64,000 nucleotides of DNA from an uncultured Ruminococcus sp. (GTDB lineage Bacteria > Bacillota > Clostridia > Oscillospirales > Ruminococcaceae), in assembly GCA_946413695.1 (NCBI GenBank), contig CAMKLV010000001.1, positions 21,131-85,130 on the forward strand, written 5' to 3'. Below the pieces are notes generated by a model. It saw nothing but the letters and a program-made list of their open reading frames with translations. It made no database searches and was not told the DNA's origin. Made by a program: the position numbers and the translations under genes. Below, in pieces: positions 52,015 through 61,190 of this stretch (positions are counted from its first letter, which is position 1; each line of letters opens with the position of its first letter).

Positions 52015-53691
52015 ATGCTGTTAGACCGCTATCTGCCCCGCATCGAATTTGATTCCTACGAAGATTTCAGAGATAATTACCGCGTCAATGTGCCGGAAAA
52101 CTTCAACTTCGGCTGGGATATCGTCGATGAGTGGGCAAAGCAGGAACCGGAGAAAAAAGCGCTGCTCTGGCTCAGTCACGAAAAAGAAGAGCGCACCTTT
52201 ACCTTCACCGATATCTCGAAGCTTTCCAATCAGACATGTCACTATTTCCAGAGCCTCGGTCTGAAAAAGGGCGATGTGGTTCTGCTGATCCTGCGCCGCC
52301 GCTGGGAATACTGGGTCATTGCAACCGCACTGCACAAGCTCGGCATTATCCTGATCCCGGGCAATCTGCTCTTCACCACACACGATATCGCATACCGCGG
52401 AAATATGGCGGAAATCTCCGCGATTATCGCCTGCGATGATGAATACATCCGCGGACAGATCGACGCTGCCGCCCCGCAGATCAAGACGCTGCGCAAGAAG
52501 ATTGCAGTCGCTGAGCCGCGCGAGGGCTGGGATTTCTTTACGGATGAAATCGCAAAGTATCCGGACACCTTTGAGCGCCCGACCGGCGATGCTGCAACCA
52601 AGGCAACTGATACCATGCTGATCTACTTCACATCCGGTTCGACCGGCATGCCGAAGATGGTCTGCCACAACTTTGCGCATCCACTCGGTCATATCGTCAC
52701 AGCAAAATACTGGCATCAGGTGCAGGAAAACAAGCTGCACATGTCTATTTCGGATTCCGGCTGGGCAAAATTCGGCTGGGGCAAAATCTACGGTCAGTGG
52801 ATCTGCGGCGCAATCCAGTTTGTCTATGATTTCACCGGCAGATTCAATGCAAAGGATATGCTCGAGGTCATCAGCAAGCACAAGCTGACAACATTCTGCG
52901 CACCGCCGACCATGTACCGCTTCATGCTGCAGGAAGATATGACGCAGTATGATCTTTCCACGATTCAGAACTTCTGCAACGCAGGTGAGCCGCTGAATCC
53001 GGAGGTCTTCAACCGCATCTATGAACTGACCGGCAAAAAGATGCGCGAGGGCTTCGGTCAGACTGAAGGCACTGTTCTGGTTGCAAACTTCCCGTGGATT
53101 GATCCGAAACCGGGTTCTATGGGCAAACCGTCGCCGCTCTATAACATTCATCTGCTCCGTCCGGACGGTACCGAATGCGAAGACGGTGAGGAAGGCAGCA
53201 TCATGGCATGCGGCATTGATCAGATGCACCCGACCGGTCTGTTCTGCGGATACTACAAGAATCCGGAGCTGACCGAGGCTGTGCTCGGCGGCAAAAACTA
53301 CGATACCGGTGACGTTGCATGGCGCGATTCCCGCGGCTACTACTGGTTTGTCGGCAGAAATGACGATGTGATCAAGTGCTCCGGCTACCGCATCGGACCG
53401 TTCGAGGTTGAGAGCGCGCTGCTGACACATCCGGCGGTTGTGGAATCTGCGATCACCGGCGCACCGGATCCGATCCGCGGACAGGTTGTCAAGGCAACGG
53501 TTGTGCTGGCAAAGGGGTATACACCTTCTCCGGAGCTGACGAAGGAACTTCAGGATCATGTCAAGCGTGAAACTGCACCGTATAAGTATCCGCGTGTGAT
53601 CGAGTATGTCGATGAGCTCCCGAAGACGCTCGGCGGCAAGATCAAGCGCGCAATGATCCGCCATCAGGACGAGGAAAACTCTGCAAAATAA
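52015..53691 (+). CDS. AMP-dependent acyl-CoA synthetase (medium-chain/ACSM-like)
   Basis: YFTSGSTGMPK (AMP-binding motif I), GYRIGPFEVESAL, and a C-terminal LPKTLGGKIKR. Confidence 0.85.
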   Translation: MLLDRYLPRIEFDSYEDFRDNYRVNVPENFNFGWDIVDEWAKQEPEKKALLWLSHEKEERTFTFTDISKLSNQTCHYFQSLGLKKGDVVLLILRRRWEYWVIATALHKLGIILIPGNLLFTTHDIAYRGNMAEISAIIACDDEYIRGQIDAAAPQIKTLRKKIAVAEPREGWDFFTDEIAKYPDTFERPTGDAATKATDTMLIYFTSGSTGMPKMVCHNFAHPLGHIVTAKYWHQVQENKLHMSISDSGWAKFGWGKIYGQWICGAIQFVYDFTGRFNAKDMLEVISKHKLTTFCAPPTMYRFMLQEDMTQYDLSTIQNFCNAGEPLNPEVFNRIYELTGKKMREGFGQTEGTVLVANFPWIDPKPGSMGKPSPLYNIHLLRPDGTECEDGEEGSIMACGIDQMHPTGLFCGYYKNPELTEAVLGGKNYDTGDVAWRDSRGYYWFVGRNDDVIKCSGYRIGPFEVESALLTHPAVVESAITGAPDPIRGQVVKATVVLAKGYTPSPELTKELQDHVKRETAPYKYPRVIEYVDELPKTLGGKIKRAMIRHQDEENSAK

Positions 53692-53696
53692 CCAGA

Positions 53697-53730
53697 AAGC
53701 ACCGCTGTTTATTCGCAGCGGTGCCTTTTC
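53697..53730 (+). terminator. Intrinsic terminator after the acyl-CoA synthetase gene
   Basis: GCACCGCTG-8 nt-CAGCGGTGC followed by CTTTTC. Confidence 0.7.
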
Positions 53731-53737
53731 ATATACA

Positions 53738-53772
53738 GCAAAACGGTGTCCCGCGAAAACAGGACACCGTTC
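53738..53772 (-). terminator. Intrinsic terminator after ssrA
   Basis: Minus strand reads ACGGUGUCC-10 nt-GGACACCGU followed by UUUGCUG, starting about 8 nt after the tmRNA 3' end. Confidence 0.65.
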
Positions 53773-53779
53773 TTTTGAG

Positions 53780-54122
53780 TGGAGGCGGCGGGAATTGAAC
53801 CCGCGTCCGAAAACCGTTTCATCCGATCTTCTACGAGCGTAGTTTATCTTTTACATTCCCTTTTCGCAGCGCCGACAAACAGGCTATACGAATCGGTAGC
53901 ACATTGTGCGACTGCTGATTATGTGCGTCCTCAGCAGACGTTCACCGCGTCATGACGCCAGACTCCGGATACGCGGTACTCTCCGGGCTGACGGAGGCCT
54001 TAAGCGGCCATCAAAACGGAATCGTTGTTCTCGTTTAAATTTAGAAAGTTGCACATTTTACGGGTTATGCGCCCGGCTCGCCAATCAAACTTCCCAGCCC
54101 CCGTCGAAACCTTTACGCCCCC
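53780..54122 (-). ncRNA. ssrA: tmRNA (SsrA), one-piece
   Basis: The 5' end is GGGGGCGUAAAGGUUUCGACGGGG. The 3' end is ...GGACGCGGGUUCAAUUCCCGCCGCCUCCA, a T-arm plus acceptor stem. The acceptor stem pairs with a G3-U wobble. CCA is not encoded. The tag reading frame ends ...GAG AAC AAC GAU UCC GUU UUG AUG GCC GCU UAA (ENNDSVLMAA, stop at 54000-54002). The resume codon is uncertain. Confidence 0.9.
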
Positions 54123-54193
54123 GTATCGGGTAACTGCAAGCTGAATTGCTCTTATTTATTATACCGTATCTGCGGCGATTTGTCAACTGCCAA

Positions 54194-55306
54194 TTACAGC
54201 AGCCTGATCTCCTGCTTTTCCGCATCAACCTGTGCCGCCGCGCCGTAGGGCAGAATCGCTCTCGGCGTCGCATGCCCGAAATTGATATTATAGAGAATCG
54301 GCAGTTCCGGATTGTCAATCACTTCCCGCCAGACCGTTTTGTATTCTTCATAATACCGTTCGTTCATCGGCTTTCCGACCAGGATCCCACTGACTGCATC
54401 GAACACGCCCTCAGACTTCAATGTTTCCAGACAGAATCGCAGACGATCCGGTGCCGGACAGCATTCACTGGTCTCCGCAAAGAAAACCTTGCCGCGCCAT
54501 TCATCTGCGGACGGGAAAATATTGTATCTGCGTGTGATTGCGCCCTGTTCATCAAATACAGACGGATCAACGAACGGAACCGAAGCAAACAGCTCCGCAT
54601 ATTCCTTACCGCAGTCAGAGATCAGCATTTCAGCGAGACTGTCAACGCATCCGCCGAGCAATTCGCCCTCGAACTGCGGCGCCCCCTGCAGCAGCTCATA
54701 TCCATGCTGCTCCGGATGCGAAACCGGCATTGTGCCGACAGCAGCCGCAGAAAAATCGGTGCGCTCCTCATACCATACAGGAGCCGGTGTGATTTTCCGC
54801 CCGTGATACGAAGCAAAACAGCCTGCAAGCTGCTCCTTCGAGTAGGGGAGCATATCGCCGGAAGGCTCCGCAAGATCCGGCATCAGCGCCTGACCGTAAA
54901 AGGTCTGCAAGCCGATTCTGTGCAGCATCAGGTGATTATTGGTTGTATCAGAAAACCCGAGAAAGAACTTCGGGTGCTCACGAACCGCACGGATAAACTC
55001 CTGATCTTCCATCAGATAGGGGAAAGTCCGGAATGTGTCAATGCCGCCGATTGCCGTGATAATACCGCTGATAGAATCATCGAGAAACGCTGCTTTCAGG
55101 TCAGCAGCACGGTTTTCCGGATGCTTCCATATCGCCTCAGCACCGTCGCAGGCATGCGGCATGTAAACAGGCTCAAGCCCGAATGCACGCAGCGTTTTTT
55201 CACTAAGTTCCTTTTCATGCGCACAGTAAGCCTCTCCGAGAATACCGTTTGACAGACTGACAATCGCAATGCGGTCGCCTTTTTTCAGCAGCTTCGGATA
55301 AAGCAT
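54194..55306 (-). CDS. S66 family peptidase (LD-carboxypeptidase / MccF-like)
   Basis: The N-terminus LKKGDRIAIVSLSNG..., the GFSDTT nucleophile-elbow context, and the 370-aa length of the long MccF-like subgroup. The call is from by-eye family recognition. Confidence 0.65.
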   Translation of the reverse strand: MLYPKLLKKGDRIAIVSLSNGILGEAYCAHEKELSEKTLRAFGLEPVYMPHACDGAEAIWKHPENRAADLKAAFLDDSISGIITAIGGIDTFRTFPYLMEDQEFIRAVREHPKFFLGFSDTTNNHLMLHRIGLQTFYGQALMPDLAEPSGDMLPYSKEQLAGCFASYHGRKITPAPVWYEERTDFSAAAVGTMPVSHPEQHGYELLQGAPQFEGELLGGCVDSLAEMLISDCGKEYAELFASVPFVDPSVFDEQGAITRRYNIFPSADEWRGKVFFAETSECCPAPDRLRFCLETLKSEGVFDAVSGILVGKPMNERYYEEYKTVWREVIDNPELPILYNINFGHATPRAILPYGAAAQVDAEKQEIRLL

Positions 55307-55321
55307 ATTGTGTCCCTTTCG

Positions 55322-55786
55322 TTACTGGTTTCTGGATTTTACTGCGCGGTCAATATCACGGTTCGCGGATTTGATCGCCGCATCCTCGCGCTTGTCATAA
55401 AGCTTTTTACCTTTGCAAAGTCCAAGCTGCACCTTAACTCTGCCGTCTTTGAAATAGAGCGACAGCGGAATCAGTGTCAGTCCCTGTGTTTTCAGGGTAC
55501 CGAACAGCTTGAGGATCTCGCGCTTATGCATCAGAAGCTGCCGCACACGGCGCGGGTCCTTGTTGAACACATTGCCTTTTTCATACGGAGATACATGCAT
55601 ATCACGAAGCAGGAGCTGACCGTCTTCGATCGAGCACCAGCTGTCCTTCAGATTGACATTGCCGTTCCGGATGGATTTGACCTCCGTGCCGACAAGTGCA
55701 ATTCCGGCTTCATATGTCTCAAGCACAAAATAATCATGCCGCGCTTTGCGGTTTTCTGCAATCTGTTTGATACCGGCCTGTTTCAT
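55322..55786 (-). CDS. smpB: SsrA-binding protein
   Basis: [32 protein letters not shown]...KLLMHKREI...[27 protein letters not shown] is near-canonical SmpB. Start is the ATG 7 nt after GGAGGG. Confidence 0.92.
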   Translation of the reverse strand: MKQAGIKQIAENRKARHDYFVLETYEAGIALVGTEVKSIRNGNVNLKDSWCSIEDGQLLLRDMHVSPYEKGNVFNKDPRRVRQLLMHKREILKLFGTLKTQGLTLIPLSLYFKDGRVKVQLGLCKGKKLYDKREDAAIKSANRDIDRAVKSRNQ

Positions 55787-55942
55787 CAATCAGCCCTCCT
55801 TTCGCAGGATTTCATTATAACACGTTCGCTGTGAAAAGTCAAGTTTGGATGCGGTCGGATTGCCGCGTTCTTTGTCAGAAGCTGCTGAGATTGACAAGTT
55901 CGCAGATTTGTGTTAGACTATGAGGAAAGGAGCGTGATCAGC

Positions 55943-56485
55943 ATGCAGGATGCGTTTCTCATTGCATACAGCATGTCCTATACCGGTGACAGTACGGATT
56001 ATTATATCTGGTATGAGGATGCACAGGGCAGAAACCGGCTTTATACAGCAGGAGACAACATTGCAGTATTCCGGTCAGAATCAGATGCAAAGCAGCAGAT
56101 CATCACACGCGGCATGCAGTACAAAGATACGGTTTTCTTTGATGCCGAACGCCTTGACTATTGGCTTTTTACCGGCAGCCGTTCACAGATTTACGTAGAT
56201 GATCAGCTGGACACGGAGTTTCTGCTGGATTTCTGGAATCTGTTTGATGATGCAGCTTACTCGCTGGGAAGAAAGCTGCCGGAGCCTTCCGGTGCAGATG
56301 CCTGTTACGAAAAACTGTTTCGCAGTTGTGACGCCGCTGCACTGATTTCTGATCCGGCTGCTCTCAATCCGGCGCTTTCCGAAGATGCGCTTGCAATTAT
56401 CCGCAGCGTACTCAAAGCCGGATTCGATCTGATCTCGGAACACACAGTATTCATGCAACCGGAGGAACAAAATGGAAACATCTAA
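55943..56485 (+). CDS. Hypothetical protein, first gene of the PflX-type radical SAM operon
   Basis: 180-aa ORF trimmed to the ATG after AAAGGAG. No TM segments and no family I recognise. Its 3' end overlaps the radical SAM gene by 14 nt. Confidence 0.5.
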   Translation: MQDAFLIAYSMSYTGDSTDYYIWYEDAQGRNRLYTAGDNIAVFRSESDAKQQIITRGMQYKDTVFFDAERLDYWLFTGSRSQIYVDDQLDTEFLLDFWNLFDDAAYSLGRKLPEPSGADACYEKLFRSCDAAALISDPAALNPALSEDALAIIRSVLKAGFDLISEHTVFMQPEEQNGNI

Positions 56486-57365
56486 ATGCATGCTCTGCCC
56501 GCGTCAATGCGGTGTTGACCGCACAGCAAAGGCAGGATTCTGCGGCGAATCTGAAGAAATCCGGATTGCAAGAGCCGCACCGCATATGTGGGAGGAGCCG
56601 CCGATCAGCGGCACAATGGGTTCCGGCACGGTCTTTTTCAGCGGCTGCAATCTGCGCTGTATTTACTGCCAGAATCACGAAATTGCTGTCTCACATCTCG
56701 GGTACACTGTTTCATCCGAACAGCTGCTCCGGATTTTCTTTGATCTGCAGGCGCAGGGTGTACACAATATCAATCTTGTTACGGCAGGACATTTTACTAA
56801 GCAGCTGCTCCCGATTCTCCGGCAGGCAAAAGCGGACGGTCTCCGCATCCCGCTTCTCTGGAACAGCAGCGGCTATGAATCCGCCGCCGCGCTCCGGATG
56901 CTGGAAGGTCTGATAGACATCTATCTGCCGGATTTCAAATATATCAGCCCGAAAACTGCAAAGGAATACTCCAATGCACCGGATTATCCGGAAACAGCCA
57001 AAGCATCCCTTGCAGAAATGGTACGGCAGGCAGGTGCGCCGCAGTTTGATCCGCAGACCGGACTGATGACGCGCGGTGTGCAGGTGCGGCATCTGGTTTT
57101 GCCGGGACATGCACAGGAATCGCGGCAGATTCTCTGGTATCTGTATCAGACCTACGGAAACAGCATCGGATACAGCATCATGAATCAGTACACGCCGATG
57201 CCGCAGATGAAGGCGCATCCGCTGCTTTCGCGCAAGGTCACTGTGCAGGAATACGAAAATGTCATTCGATATGCAAAACAGATCGGCATCGAAAATGCGT
57301 ATACGCAGGAAGGGGAGGCAGCATGCGAATCGTTTATTCCGGAATTCTCGGGGCAGCCGCAATAA
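56472..57365 (+). CDS. Radical SAM protein, PflX/COG1313-like (pyruvate formate-lyase activase homolog of unknown function)
   Basis: N-terminal CPRQCGVDR...FCG cysteine cluster plus a CNLRCIYCQN radical SAM CX3CX2C motif. RBS is GGAGGAA. Confidence 0.8.
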   Translation: METSKCMLCPRQCGVDRTAKAGFCGESEEIRIARAAPHMWEEPPISGTMGSGTVFFSGCNLRCIYCQNHEIAVSHLGYTVSSEQLLRIFFDLQAQGVHNINLVTAGHFTKQLLPILRQAKADGLRIPLLWNSSGYESAAALRMLEGLIDIYLPDFKYISPKTAKEYSNAPDYPETAKASLAEMVRQAGAPQFDPQTGLMTRGVQVRHLVLPGHAQESRQILWYLYQTYGNSIGYSIMNQYTPMPQMKAHPLLSRKVTVQEYENVIRYAKQIGIENAYTQEGEAACESFIPEFSGQPQ

Positions 57366-57784
57366 AGCCGATTTCCGGCGGCGGATTCTGGGCAGGCTTT
57401 TTCTCAGTCTTGCTTCTGATTCCGGTTATCATGATCATACGGAAAATCACAGAGTATTTCGCTCTGAAAAAACACGGAGAATCGACCGATGCCATAATCC
57501 GGCAGACAGAAAAGCGACCATTCCGGTATACATATGTATACCGGAAATACTACAGCTTTGATGCAGCAGGAAAATCATACGGCGGCTTCTTTGATACCGG
57601 AGTCAATCTCAAAAAATATCATACAAACCGGACAATCCGGATATACTATGACAAAGAGAATCCGGCGCATCATACCATCAACGGTCTGTCACTCTATGAG
57701 CTGCTTGGTCAGCTGCTTCTCACCGGACTGCCGTTTCTCTGCGCATGCGGGCTGTTCATATCGGAATTCTGTAAATGTTTTTGA
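57323..57784 (+). CDS. Two-TM membrane protein (DUF3592-like architecture)
   Basis: Strong GGGGAGG RBS 5 nt upstream. It overlaps the radical SAM gene by 43 nt. The architecture is TM helix, a soluble beta-rich segment of about 90 aa, then a TM helix. The family call is tentative. Confidence 0.45.
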   Translation: MRIVYSGILGAAAIKPISGGGFWAGFFSVLLLIPVIMIIRKITEYFALKKHGESTDAIIRQTEKRPFRYTYVYRKYYSFDAAGKSYGGFFDTGVNLKKYHTNRTIRIYYDKENPAHHTINGLSLYELLGQLLLTGLPFLCACGLFISEFCKCF

Positions 57785-57868
57785 AGAATCCGCCGCAGGG
57801 CTTGCAATCTGCGCCGGATTATGTTATAATAGTACGGCAATCACAACTTGATAAAGGAGTCTATTCAC

Positions 57869-59053
57869 ATGGATATTATGGAACAGGCACTTGCCGCACA
57901 TCAGGAATGGGGCGGCAAGCTTGACATTCGTTCAAAAGTTGCAATCAAGGATAAGGAGGCACTCTCGATCGCATATACGCCGGGTGTTGCATCTCCCTGC
58001 CTTGAGATTCAGAAGAACCCGTCGCTTTCCTATGACCTGACCGGCAGAGCAAATCTGGTTGCTGTCATCACGGACGGTACTGCTGTTCTCGGTCTCGGTG
58101 ATATCGGACCGCTCGCAGCAATGCCCGTTATGGAGGGCAAGTGTGCGCTGTTCTCGGAGTTCGGCGGTGTACAGGCAATCCCGCTCTGCGTGGACAGTAA
58201 GGATCCGGAGGAGTTCTGCAAGACGGTCGCTCTGATTGCAGGCAGCTTCGGCGGCATCAACCTCGAGGATATCTCTGCACCGCGCTGCTTTGAGATTGAG
58301 CGCAAGCTGAAAACAATGGTCGATATCCCCGTGTTCCATGATGATCAGCACGGCACTGCAGTTGTCGCATCTGCTGCGATCATGAACGCATCCAAGCTCG
58401 CGGGCAAGAAAATCGGTGATCTGCGTGTTGTGATCAACGGCGCAGGGGCGGCAGGAGTTGCGATTGCAGAAATGCTGCTCTCGATCGGCGTACAGGATAT
58501 CATGATGCTCAACTCCAAGGGCATCGTCTGTGAGGGCGACAAGCTCTCCTCGGAGGCACTGACCTCGCTCTCCAAGCGTACAAATAAGAACCACATTCAC
58601 GGCGGACTTGCTGATGCAATGAAGGGCGCTGATGTCTTTATCGGTGTCTCGAAGCCGAATCTTGTCACACCGGAGATGGTCAAATCCATGAATGACAAAC
58701 CGTTCATCTTTGCAATGGCAAACCCGACGCCGGAGATCATGCCGGATCTTGCAAAAGAAGCGGGTGCATTTGTGGTCGGCACCGGCAGAAGCGACTTCCC
58801 GAACCAGATCAACAATGTTCTGGCATTCCCGGGCATTTTCAAAGGCGCACTTTCCGTCCGCGCATCGGATATCACAGAAGGCATGAAGCATGCCGCAGCT
58901 GCAGCGATTGCAGGCTGCGTCTCTGAGGCTGATCTCTCGCCGGATTGCGTCATCCCGAATCCGTTTGATCCGCATGTTGCACAGGCAGTTGCAGAAGCCG
59001 TTGCAGAAGCTGCAATCAAGGACGGCGTCGCGCGTATCTGCTCGGAAAACTGA
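57869..59053 (+). CDS. maeB: NAD(P)-dependent malic enzyme (short, non-PTA form)
   Basis: LSIAYTPGVASPC, VAVITDGTAVLGLGDIGPLAAMPVMEGKCALF, INLEDISAPRCF and VINGAGAAG Rossmann motifs. Confidence 0.9.
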   Translation: MDIMEQALAAHQEWGGKLDIRSKVAIKDKEALSIAYTPGVASPCLEIQKNPSLSYDLTGRANLVAVITDGTAVLGLGDIGPLAAMPVMEGKCALFSEFGGVQAIPLCVDSKDPEEFCKTVALIAGSFGGINLEDISAPRCFEIERKLKTMVDIPVFHDDQHGTAVVASAAIMNASKLAGKKIGDLRVVINGAGAAGVAIAEMLLSIGVQDIMMLNSKGIVCEGDKLSSEALTSLSKRTNKNHIHGGLADAMKGADVFIGVSKPNLVTPEMVKSMNDKPFIFAMANPTPEIMPDLAKEAGAFVVGTGRSDFPNQINNVLAFPGIFKGALSVRASDITEGMKHAAAAAIAGCVSEADLSPDCVIPNPFDPHVAQAVAEAVAEAAIKDGVARICSEN

Positions 59054-59054
59054 T

Positions 59055-59840
59055 ATGCTGCGCATTGACAGCACTGTGCTGCGCGTGATCCTGCTCTGCA
59101 TCGGATTCTGCGGCATTGCATTGTTCCTGCTGCCGATGTTCACGAATATCGTAAATATCGGCAACGGGTTCGGACTGGTATGCAGCATTCTGCTTGTCGG
59201 GTTCGTCATCTGGAACAGGCAGATTTCCGGCTTGCTGGATACAATCCGGAAGCACACAGCCGGCAGAATCCTACTGTGCATTGTCGGGATCGTGATTCTG
59301 CTGGGTGTGCTGTACTGCCTGATCATGAGTGTTCTCATGCTGCACGCTGCCTACCGCAAGCCAAAGCAGCAGCCGCAGGCAATGATCGTTCTCGGCTGCA
59401 GAGTACGCGGCACGGCGCCGAGCCGGATGCTCGCACGCAGAATTCATGCAGCTTATGATGCACTGCAGGAGAATCCGGAGATGATTGCTGTTGTATCCGG
59501 CGGAAAGGGCAGCAATGAGGATATCTCAGAGGCGCAGTGCATGTGGAATGAACTGACGAAAATGGGCATTCCGGAATCCCGCATTCTCATGGAGGATCAA
59601 TCCACTTCGACCTCTGAAAATCTGCGGTTCTCGAAGAAGATTCTCGATGAAAACGGAATCACGGGCAATCTGCTGCTGGTGACAGACGGCTATCACGAAA
59701 TGCGTGCGCAGATTCTCGCGAAGAAAGAGGGGCTGCCGCAGTGTGATCCCGCCTCTGCGTATACATCATGGTATCTTGTCCCGACTTACTGGGTCCGCGA
59801 ATGGTTCGGGCTGGCACATGCATTTGTTTTCGGCAATTGA
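59055..59840 (+). CDS. YdcF/DUF218 (SanA/ElyC-like) family membrane protein
   Basis: N-terminal TM helices followed by IVLGCRVRG...RRIHAAYDAL...VVSGGKG...SEAQCM...STSTSENLRFS, the DUF218 pattern. It starts 1 nt after the malic enzyme stop. Confidence 0.7.
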   Translation: MLRIDSTVLRVILLCIGFCGIALFLLPMFTNIVNIGNGFGLVCSILLVGFVIWNRQISGLLDTIRKHTAGRILLCIVGIVILLGVLYCLIMSVLMLHAAYRKPKQQPQAMIVLGCRVRGTAPSRMLARRIHAAYDALQENPEMIAVVSGGKGSNEDISEAQCMWNELTKMGIPESRILMEDQSTSTSENLRFSKKILDENGITGNLLLVTDGYHEMRAQILAKKEGLPQCDPASAYTSWYLVPTYWVREWFGLAHAFVFGN

Positions 59841-59849
59841 TATTGATAC

Positions 59850-59884
59850 AGAACTGCTGCGAATCGCGGCAGTTCTTTGTTTTA
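59850..59884 (+). terminator. Intrinsic terminator after the DUF218 gene
   Basis: AGAACTGCTGCG-AAT-CGCGGCAGTTCT followed by TTGTTTTAT. Confidence 0.7.
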
Positions 59885-59917
59885 TCACATGAAAGCGAAA
59901 TAATCTTTGTGAAAATA

Positions 59918-59946
59918 TTGACAAACTCTGCAAAATAGAGTATAAT
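59918..59946 (+). promoter_or_regulatory. Consensus sigma-A promoter upstream of ddh
   Basis: TTGACA (59918-59923), 17 nt, TATAAT (59941-59946). Confidence 0.65.
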
Positions 59947-59982
59947 AATAGGCATATAACAATCACAAGGAGGTCTCTACTC

Positions 59983-60972
59983 ATGAGCAAGATTCGTATT
60001 GGTATTGTCGGTTACGGCAACCTCGGCAAAGGCGTAGAGCTCGCGATCCGCAGCAATCCGGATACCGAGCTGGCATTTGTCGCAACTCGCCGCGATCCTT
60101 CCGCAGTTACGCTGAAAACCGCAAATGTTCCGGTCTATCAGTATAATGACCTCGCAGCACATCAGAATGACGCTGATGTTGTCATCGTCTGCGGCGGTTC
60201 CGCAACCGATCTGCCGACACAGACACCGGAGCTCGCAAAGCTCTTTACCGTTGTTGACAGCTTTGATACACACGCAAGAATCCCTGAGCACTTCGCAAAT
60301 GTCGATGCAGCAGCAAAGGCATCGAATCACGTTGCAATGATTTCCGTCGGCTGGGATCCGGGCATGTTCTCGCTCGCAAGACTTTACGGCAACTGCATCC
60401 TGCCGGAGGGCAAGGATTACACCTTCTGGGGCAAGGGTGTTTCGCAGGGTCACTCGGACGCAATCCGCCGTGTTGAAGGCGTACAGGACGGCAAACAGTA
60501 CACCGTCCCGATCGAATCTGCTATGGAGGCAGTCCGCAGAGGCGAGCAGCCGGAGCTGACCACCCGTCAGAAGCATCTCCGTGAGTGCTATGTTGTTGCG
60601 AAGCCGGGCGCAGATCTCAAAAAGATTGAGCATGATATCAAAACCATGCCCAACTACTTCGATGAGTACGATACCGTTGTCCACTTCATCTCGCAGGAGG
60701 AGCTCAACCGTGATCACGCAGGCATTCCGCACGGCGGCTTTGTCATGCGCAGCGGTGTTTCCGGCGAGAACAAGGAGCACAAGCACCTGATCGAATACAG
60801 CCTCAAGCTTGATTCCAATCCGGAATTCACGACCAATGTTCTGGTCGCATTCGCACGCGCTGCTGCACGTTTTGCAAAGGAGCAGAACTACGGCTGCAAG
60901 ACTGTTTTCGACGTACCGCCTGCATATCTTTCGCCGCTTCCGGGCGAAGAACTCCGCGCGCATATGCTTTGA
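59983..60972 (+). CDS. ddh: meso-Diaminopimelate D-dehydrogenase
   Basis: IRIGIVGYGNLGKGVE, VVIVCGGSATD, ISVGWDPG and WGKGVSQGHSDA match the DapDH family. Confidence 0.88.
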   Translation: MSKIRIGIVGYGNLGKGVELAIRSNPDTELAFVATRRDPSAVTLKTANVPVYQYNDLAAHQNDADVVIVCGGSATDLPTQTPELAKLFTVVDSFDTHARIPEHFANVDAAAKASNHVAMISVGWDPGMFSLARLYGNCILPEGKDYTFWGKGVSQGHSDAIRRVEGVQDGKQYTVPIESAMEAVRRGEQPELTTRQKHLRECYVVAKPGADLKKIEHDIKTMPNYFDEYDTVVHFISQEELNRDHAGIPHGGFVMRSGVSGENKEHKHLIEYSLKLDSNPEFTTNVLVAFARAAARFAKEQNYGCKTVFDVPPAYLSPLPGEELRAHML

Positions 60973-61125
60973 TTTTCTGCGCTGCTGCTGAAAAATACCG
61001 GCAGCCGGAATCCTGCACTTTCAGCGTATATGCTTTGATTTCCGCCTGAGCCTTGTAAAAATCGCCAATAATTGCAGGTGTTTCGACAGGTTTCTGATTG
61101 AATAATCCGAATTATTGAATTCGAT

Positions 61126-61155
61126 TTGACAAATCACGTATTTTCGTTATATAAT
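61126..61155 (+). promoter_or_regulatory. Consensus sigma-A promoter upstream of hup
   Basis: TTGACA (61126-61131), 18 nt, TATAAT (61150-61155). A small palindrome, AATAATCCGAATTATT, lies at 61101-61116. Confidence 0.6.
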
Positions 61156-61190
61156 ACATGCATAGACTTTATATACAGGAGGAAATCCCC

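Noticed and set aside
52021-53664. 547-aa minus-strand ORF opposite the acyl-CoA synthetase gene. The same applies to 57932-59338 (opposite the malic enzyme), 59977-60963 (opposite ddh), 32313-33296 (opposite GH130), 41871-43049, 43268-44305, 54146-55252, 27623-28699, 28546-29559 and 16023-17054.
   Set aside because: All are antisense to genes with unambiguous family motifs. They lack RBSs and encode compositionally biased sequences. Long antisense ORFs are expected in this moderately GC-rich coding DNA.
53780-53860. tRNA-like T-arm and acceptor sequence (GGGUUCAAUUCCCGCCGCCUCCA), considered as a tRNA gene
   Set aside because: There is no anticodon arm at tRNA distance. The matching 5' acceptor half lies 340 nt away, with a tag ORF between them. 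This is the tRNA-like domain of tmRNA.
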